This document shows positions 59,174-64,000 of a DNA stretch of 64,000 bases, in pieces. This stretch comes from Thermoanaerobaculia bacterium. GTDB lineage: Bacteria > Acidobacteriota > Thermoanaerobaculia > Gp7-AA8. The number at the start of each line of letters is the position of its first letter. Position 1 is the stretch's first letter. The notes beneath the pieces are model-generated. The model ran no database searches. It was not told the origin of the DNA and was given only the letters and a program-made list of their open reading frames with translations. The DNA lies in the NCBI GenBank assembly GCA_036398925.1, contig DASWOB010000022.1, forward strand, positions 53,244 through 117,243, in the 5' to 3' direction. The position numbers were made by a program, and so were the translations under genes.

Positions 59174-60745
59174 ATGCATGCCTGTCGCGCTGCGGCACCC
59201 CGAATTTCCCCGAATCGGGCCGCGCATGTTTTTTGCGTTGGGTGCAAAGTCGTGCAGCAGGCATCGACGTCTCTCTGGAACGCCACCACCCCGCTCCCCC
59301 CACCAAGGCCACTCACCGGTGACCTTCACGTCGACGTGGCCATCGTCGGCGCGGGCATTACCGGCCTGACCGCGGCGGTCCTTCTCGAAGAGCGCGGCCG
59401 CACCGTGGCGGTGCTCGAAAAAGCGGCCATCGCCTCCGGCGAGACCGGCAACACCACCGCGCACATCACCGAGGCGGTCGACGCGCGCTACCACTATCTG
59501 CGCCGCGCCTTCGGAAAAGACGAAGCGCGCCGGGTGGCGGAGGCCTCCCACGCCGCGATGGAGAAGATCGCGGAACTGGTGGAAAAGTATTCGATCGACT
59601 GCCGCTTTCGCCGCGTTCCGGGCTACCTCTACACCGAAAAACGCAAGTACATCGCCGGCGTCAAGAACGAAGCCTCAGCGGCGCAGGAGGCGGGCCTCGA
59701 CGTCCGCTGGCAGGAGCAGGTCCCGCTGCCGTTTCCGACCCGCGGCGCGGCTGTCTTCGCCAACCAGGCCCAGTTCCATCCCGGCCGCTACGTCACCGCG
59801 CTCGCTTCGCGCGTTCAGAATCTCTTCACCGGCACGCTGGTCACCAGGATCACCGAGGGCGGTCCGTGCGTCGTCGAGACCGAGCGCGGACGCGTTTACG
59901 CCAGGAACGTGCTGATGGCGAGCAACGTCCCGATCGCCGGTTTCCAGACCGTCCACACCAAAATGACCCCCTACCGCACGTATGCGATCGCCTTCCTGGT
60001 CGACGACGAACATCCGGAAGGTCTCTTCTGGGACACCGCCGATCCGTACCACTACACGCGCTGGCAGGACACCGACGAGGGGACCTACCTCATCGTCGGC
60101 GGCGAGGACCACAAGGTCGGCGACGAAGAAGACACCGAGGCCTGCTTCGAACGCCTGCTGCAGTACGCCACCGAGCAGTTCGGCGTAAAGCCGGTGCGCT
60201 ACCGCTGGTCCGGTCAGATCATCGAGCCGCACGACGGGCTGCCGTTCATCGGCGGCTCGGGTCCGCTCTTCATCTCCACCGGCTATTCGGGCCAGGGGAT
60301 GACCATGGGCACCCTCGGCGCGATGATCTGCACGGACCTCATCACCGACGTCGAGAATCCGTGGGCACCGCTCTTCAACCCGATGCGCGTGCCGGCGCGT
60401 GGCTCCGTCCGCGAGTTCCTCGCCCAGAACATCGGATTCGCCACGCAGGTGGTCTCCGACCGCCTCACCGCGCGCGGCGTCGAAGCGACCGAAACGTTCG
60501 ATGTCAAATCAGGCGAGGGGAAGATCCTGGCCATCAACGGCCGCAAGGTGGCGTGTTACCGCGACGAAGCGGGAGCGCTGCACGGCGTATCGCCGGTCTG
60601 CACCCACATGCGCTGCGACGTCGCCTTCAACGCGGCGGAGCGGACATGGGACTGTCCCTGCCATGGATCGCGCTTCACGCCGGATGGGGATGTGTTGAAC
60701 GGCCCGGCCAGGACGCCGCTCGAGAAGATCGAGCTGCCGGAGTGA
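59174..60745 (+). CDS. FAD-dependent oxidoreductase (DAO-like) fused to a C-terminal Rieske [2Fe-2S] domain
   Basis: It has the FAD dinucleotide-binding motif VDVAIVGAGITGLTAA, with the C-terminal Rieske ligand boxes CTHMRC and CPCHGSRF. The true start is uncertain: ATG 59174, or GTG about 59252 giving MQQASTSLW.... The ORF-track start at 59027 overlaps the divergent KGG gene. Confidence 0.7.
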   Translation: MHACRAAAPRISPNRAAHVFCVGCKVVQQASTSLWNATTPLPPPRPLTGDLHVDVAIVGAGITGLTAAVLLEERGRTVAVLEKAAIASGETGNTTAHITEAVDARYHYLRRAFGKDEARRVAEASHAAMEKIAELVEKYSIDCRFRRVPGYLYTEKRKYIAGVKNEASAAQEAGLDVRWQEQVPLPFPTRGAAVFANQAQFHPGRYVTALASRVQNLFTGTLVTRITEGGPCVVETERGRVYARNVLMASNVPIAGFQTVHTKMTPYRTYAIAFLVDDEHPEGLFWDTADPYHYTRWQDTDEGTYLIVGGEDHKVGDEEDTEACFERLLQYATEQFGVKPVRYRWSGQIIEPHDGLPFIGGSGPLFISTGYSGQGMTMGTLGAMICTDLITDVENPWAPLFNPMRVPARGSVREFLAQNIGFATQVVSDRLTARGVEATETFDVKSGEGKILAINGRKVACYRDEAGALHGVSPVCTHMRCDVAFNAAERTWDCPCHGSRFTPDGDVLNGPARTPLEKIELPE

Positions 60746-60763
60746 TGCGGGCGCAGGGGAAAG

Positions 60764-60856
60764 TGGCGGAGAGAGAGGGATTCGAACCCTCGGTAGAGCT
60801 TTAGACCCTACGGCGGTTTAGCAAACCGCTGGTTTCAGCCACTCACCCATCTCTCC
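60764..60856 (-). tRNA. tRNA-Ser (anticodon GCU), class II with long variable arm
   Basis: The reverse complement folds as GGAGAGA-UG-GGUGAGUGGCUGAAACC-A-GCGGU UUGCUAA ACCGC-variable arm CGUAGGGUCUAAAGCUCUACCG-GAGGG UUCGAAU CCCUC-UCUCUCC-G-CCA. Anticodon loop UU-GCU-AA. The T-loop GTTCGAATC is present and CCA is encoded. Confidence 0.8.
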
Positions 60857-60906
60857 GGCTTGTGGAACGCGCATGGTAAAGCCTGCGAGGGATACGATCA
60901 ATTCCC

Positions 60907-61254
60907 TCAGCGGCGTAGGGTGGCGAACAACTGCTCGTTGTTGAACGGCTTGAGCAGCGTCCGGCAGTCGTCCGGGTCGTCGTTTTCGCCCTCGTCGAGC
61001 TCCGGGCTGGTCATGATGATGACTTTCTGGATCTCCTCCGGCTGATGTTCGTGCAGGAAGTGCATCACCGGATCGCTGCGGATCGGCAGACGCGGCGCGA
61101 GGAGGATCGCCTCGTACTGGTGGTCCTGCAGCATCCCGATCGCGGCCTCCGCCGTCGGCGCCGTTTCGCACGAGTACTCCCGGCGGGCGAGGGTCGCCGC
61201 AATTGCCGAGCAGAGGTCGGCGTACTCTTCGACCACGAGGACGGTTGGGCTCAT
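60907..61254 (-). CDS. Single-domain response regulator (CheY-like receiver)
   Basis: 115-aa ORF MSPTVLVVEEYADLCSAIAATL... Acidic pocket residues and the phospho-acceptor Asp are in ILLAPRLPI context. A conserved Lys is near KPF. Confidence 0.65.
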   Translation of the reverse strand: MSPTVLVVEEYADLCSAIAATLARREYSCETAPTAEAAIGMLQDHQYEAILLAPRLPIRSDPVMHFLHEHQPEEIQKVIIMTSPELDEGENDDPDDCRTLLKPFNNEQLFATLRR

Positions 61255-61292
61255 TTTTTGAGGGAACTACCGATTCTGTGTAAGAAGACGTG

Positions 61293-62849
61293 CTAGAGAG
61301 ACGCCGAATTCCGCGGCTGGAAGCGCGTCAGCAGGTTCTCAATGTCGCGCACGTCAGCCGGCTTGGTCAGATGCTCGTCGAATCCCGCTTCGATCGCGCG
61401 CCGTTTGTCCTCCGGCTGTCCGAAGCCGCTGACCGCCACGAGGATCACCCCGGCGCCGACCTGCTCGCGCACCTGACGCGCCACTTCGTAGCCGTCGATG
61501 CCCGGCAGGCCGAGGTCGATCAGGGCCAGATCGGGTTTCGTCTCGAGCACCACCCGCACCCCTTCGAGACCATCCGCCGCGTCGAACACTTCATGCCCGA
61601 GCCGGTGGAGCTTGAGACGCAGCAGGTCGCGAACGTCCTTGTTGTCCTCGACGATCGCCACTTTGCGCGTTGCCGACGGCGTGTTCGTCGCCTCCGGCCG
61701 CGCGAAGCTGGCTGCATCGCGGCGCTGTTCCTCGGTCGCGAGTGGCATCCGCACCGCGAATTCGCTGCCCCGGCCGACGCCGTCGCTCTTCGCCTCCACC
61801 TCGCCCTCGTGCAGCTCGACCAGATTGCGCACCAGCGCGAGCCCGATGCCCATGCCGCCCTGCGCGCGGCCGATGGCGTTCTCCGCCTGCGCGAACAGCT
61901 CGAAGATGCCGCCGATCCGCTCCGGCGCGATGCCGACGCCGTCGTCAGTGACGCGGATGATCGCGTGCTCGCCGTCGCAGGAGACCACCAGCGTGACGTG
62001 TCCGTTTTCCGGCGTGTACTTGATGGCGTTGCCGAGAATGTTCGTCACGATCTGTTCGACGCGCACCGGATCGGCGTAAACCAGCACCGGCGGATCGCAC
62101 AGCTTCACCGCCAGCTGGATCCGTTGCATCTGGAGCGCGGGCGTGATGGTGTGCACCGACTGCTTGACCAGATCGAGCAGGTCCAGGGTCTGCCGTTTGA
62201 GCACGATCTTGCCCGCGGCGACGCGCGAGAGGTCGAGGAGGTCGTTCACCAGGCGGGTGAGATGGCGCGACTGCCGCTCGATGAGCTGCGCCTGGTCCGC
62301 CGGCAGCCGTCCGTCGTCGTCGGTCATCTGCGCGCCGAGCAGGATCGCGCCGAGCGGATTGCGCAGCTCGTGTCCGAGGACAGCCAGGAAGCGATCGCGC
62401 TCGTGGATGCGCTCCTCGAGCTGCACCATCAGATCGCGCACGTCGTACTGCCGCTCGCGCGCGCGGAGCACCGACTGCGCGGTGCTGATCAGCGAGCGGA
62501 TGCGCACCGGCCGGTCGATGAGCGTCACGTTGGTGCGGTGCAGGATCGAATCGAGCGAGTGGGTGTTGTTCTCGAGGCTGAGCGAGCCGCTGAGGATCAT
62601 CAGCGGGATCTCGGACCACGCCGGCTGCTGCGAGAGGACGCGGGTCAGCTCACGCGCTCCTTCCGGCGTCAGGGCTTCCTCCGTGACCAGGATCGCACCC
62701 ACTCCCGCGGCCACCCCCTCCGCCACTCCGCTGACATCCTTGCGGACCTCGCACTCCATGCCGGCCGCCTGCAGCTTGCTGCACATCAGGTCAGCGTCGC
62801 GGCCGATGGGAGCGACGATCAGAATCTTTCGGGGACGGTTGGTGATCAC
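61293..62849 (-). CDS. Hybrid sensor histidine kinase (N-terminal receiver-like domain, HisKA, HATPase_c, C-terminal receiver)
   Basis: 518-aa ORF with the H box LGHELRNPLGAIL. N and G boxes: NILGNAIKYT, DDGVGIAPE and GMGIGLAL. The C-terminal REC has VAIVEDNKDVRDLL...LALIDLGLPGIDG. Its start overlaps the KaiC stop (ATGA). Confidence 0.8.
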   Translation of the reverse strand: MITNRPRKILIVAPIGRDADLMCSKLQAAGMECEVRKDVSGVAEGVAAGVGAILVTEEALTPEGARELTRVLSQQPAWSEIPLMILSGSLSLENNTHSLDSILHRTNVTLIDRPVRIRSLISTAQSVLRARERQYDVRDLMVQLEERIHERDRFLAVLGHELRNPLGAILLGAQMTDDDGRLPADQAQLIERQSRHLTRLVNDLLDLSRVAAGKIVLKRQTLDLLDLVKQSVHTITPALQMQRIQLAVKLCDPPVLVYADPVRVEQIVTNILGNAIKYTPENGHVTLVVSCDGEHAIIRVTDDGVGIAPERIGGIFELFAQAENAIGRAQGGMGIGLALVRNLVELHEGEVEAKSDGVGRGSEFAVRMPLATEEQRRDAASFARPEATNTPSATRKVAIVEDNKDVRDLLRLKLHRLGHEVFDAADGLEGVRVVLETKPDLALIDLGLPGIDGYEVARQVREQVGAGVILVAVSGFGQPEDKRRAIEAGFDEHLTKPADVRDIENLLTRFQPRNSASL

Positions 62850-64000
62850 TCGCCCCGTCCGCTCCCGAGCGTTCCGTCGTAGGTGGGGATACCGGAAAGC
62901 ACGCCGTGGTAATTCGCAAGCGGCGCGCCGATCCGCAGCCCCGCGCCGCTCATCGAAAAGGCGCGAATGGCCGTCTCATGGGCTCCGCTGCGCTTCTTCA
63001 CGATCGACAGCGCTTTGTGGATCCGCCCTTCCGCCTCGAAGTAGCGGAGGAGCACCACGCAGTCGGCCAGGTAGCTGACGTCGACCGTCGAGGCCATGTG
63101 TCCGACCAGCCCATGCTGCGCGAAGACCAGGATGGTGGCCACGCCGTGCTGCCCGAGGTAGCTGAGCAGCTCGTGGAGATGCAGCAGCAGAAAGCGCTCC
63201 TCCGGGACGGCATTCAGGTAGCCATTGAGGCTGTCGATGACCAGCATGCGCACTTCGTTCTTCTCGACCGCCTCGCGGACGAGATGGGCGAACTCGCCCG
63301 GCTGCAGCTGGGCCGGATCGACCTGCCGGACGGTGATCAGTCCCCGTTCGATGAACTCCTCGAGCGCCATCCCGAGCGATGCCGCGCGATGGAGCATGCT
63401 CCCGATGTTCTCTTCGAAAAGGAAGATCGCGGAGCGCTCGCCGCGTCGCGCGGCAGCGACGGCATGCTGTGTGGCCAGCGCCGATTTGCCGGTGCCGGCC
63501 GGCCCCATGATCAGCGTGCTCGTGCCGCGGTCGATGCCGCCGCCGAGCATCGCATCGAGCTCCTCGATGCCGGACGCGATCTGCTCGTGCGCGATGCTGG
63601 CGCGATGCTCGGCCGCGATCAGGCGCGGGTAGACCACCACGCCGCCGGTGAGGATGTTGAAGTCGTGATAGCCGTCGCGGAAATTGAGGCCGCGGATCTT
63701 GACGAGCTGCATCCGCCGCCGCGCCGCGCCGTAGAGCGGCGTGTAGCGCTCGAGCTCCACCACACCGTGCGGCACGCTCTGGAGCTGAATGTCCTGGAAC
63801 TCCGAGGTGCGGTCGTCGAGGCAGAGCACCGTCACGTTGCGGCCGTTGAAGAACTGCTTGAGGGCGAGGATCTGCTTGCGGTAGCGAAGGCCGCTCTGCG
63901 CGAGGAGGCGGATCTCGCTGAGTGAGTCGAGCACGACGCGCTGCGGCTTCACCCGATCGACTTCCGCGAGCATTCCTTTGATCGTCTCACCGAGCTCGAT
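62846..64000 (-). CDS. kaiC: KaiC-like double RecA-fold ATPase (C-terminal CII domain and end of CI; N-terminus beyond window end)
   Basis: The CII Walker A is LIMGPAGTGKSALATQ, with AIFLFEENIGSMLHRAASLGM and LLLHLHELLSYLGQHGVATILV following. Upstream sequence (...VKIRGLNFRDGYHDFNILTGG) matches the KaiC CI C-terminus. The ORF is open to the window edge. Confidence 0.7.
   Translation of the reverse strand: MELGETIKGMLAEVDRVKPQRVVLDSLSEIRLLAQSGLRYRKQILALKQFFNGRNVTVLCLDDRTSEFQDIQLQSVPHGVVELERYTPLYGAARRRMQLVKIRGLNFRDGYHDFNILTGGVVVYPRLIAAEHRASIAHEQIASGIEELDAMLGGGIDRGTSTLIMGPAGTGKSALATQHAVAAARRGERSAIFLFEENIGSMLHRAASLGMALEEFIERGLITVRQVDPAQLQPGEFAHLVREAVEKNEVRMLVIDSLNGYLNAVPEERFLLLHLHELLSYLGQHGVATILVFAQHGLVGHMASTVDVSYLADCVVLLRYFEAEGRIHKALSIVKKRSGAHETAIRAFSMSGAGLRIGAPLANYHGVLSGIPTYDGTLGSGRGE

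Overview
The window is high-GC (about 68-70%), gene-dense bacterial chromosomal DNA. The gene content suggests a Gemmatimonadota- or Acidobacteriota-like organism (inference only): a TonB-dependent receptor with a CarbopepD_reg-type N-terminus, Ser/Thr kinases with TPR tails, an ECF sigma factor and a sulfatase-TPR fusion. Most long plus-strand ORFs in the track are antisense shadows of real minus-strand genes. ORFs that run off a window edge are missing from the track; the TonB receptor at the left edge was found by hand translation.

Main content on the minus strand:
- A long operon, 2512-10021: Ser/Thr kinase, a TldD-like HExxxH protein, two hypotheticals, pccB and a sulfatase-TPR lipoprotein.
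- selD carrying an in-frame UGA (selenocysteine) codon that the ORF track truncated.
- lepA, an S46 peptidase, and an ECF sigma factor paired with a Ser/Thr kinase.
- mpl, prfA, rpmE, fdxA and a ParE/antitoxin locus.
- A complete Pho supercluster: pstSCAB-phoU-phoB-phoR followed by a DUF47-PiT pair.
- A tRNA-Ser(GCU), a single-domain response regulator, a hybrid histidine kinase and a partial KaiC at the right edge.

Main content on the plus strand:
- An EF-G paralog and an RsbW/RsbV partner-switching pair.
- An SDR followed by an animal-type heme peroxidase.
- A DUF853 HerA-like ATPase and a DUF1573 protein.
- A duplicated-domain protein with a histone H1-like linker.
- A YdiJ-like FAD/Fe-S oxidoreductase and an FAD-Rieske oxidoreductase.

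The most unusual signals are non-coding:
- A recurring family of intergenic hairpins whose arms are built from tandem 7-13 bp microrepeats, at five gene junctions.
- A roughly 380-bp inverted double array of a 21-bp repeat in a divergent promoter.
- A roughly 10-copy direct 21-bp array next to a Pho box upstream of pstS.

Other candidates are two tiny paralogous ORFs with strong SD sites upstream of the ECF-kinase pair, and a nucleotidyltransferase-phosphoesterase pair. No CRISPR arrays, rRNA genes or transposases were seen.
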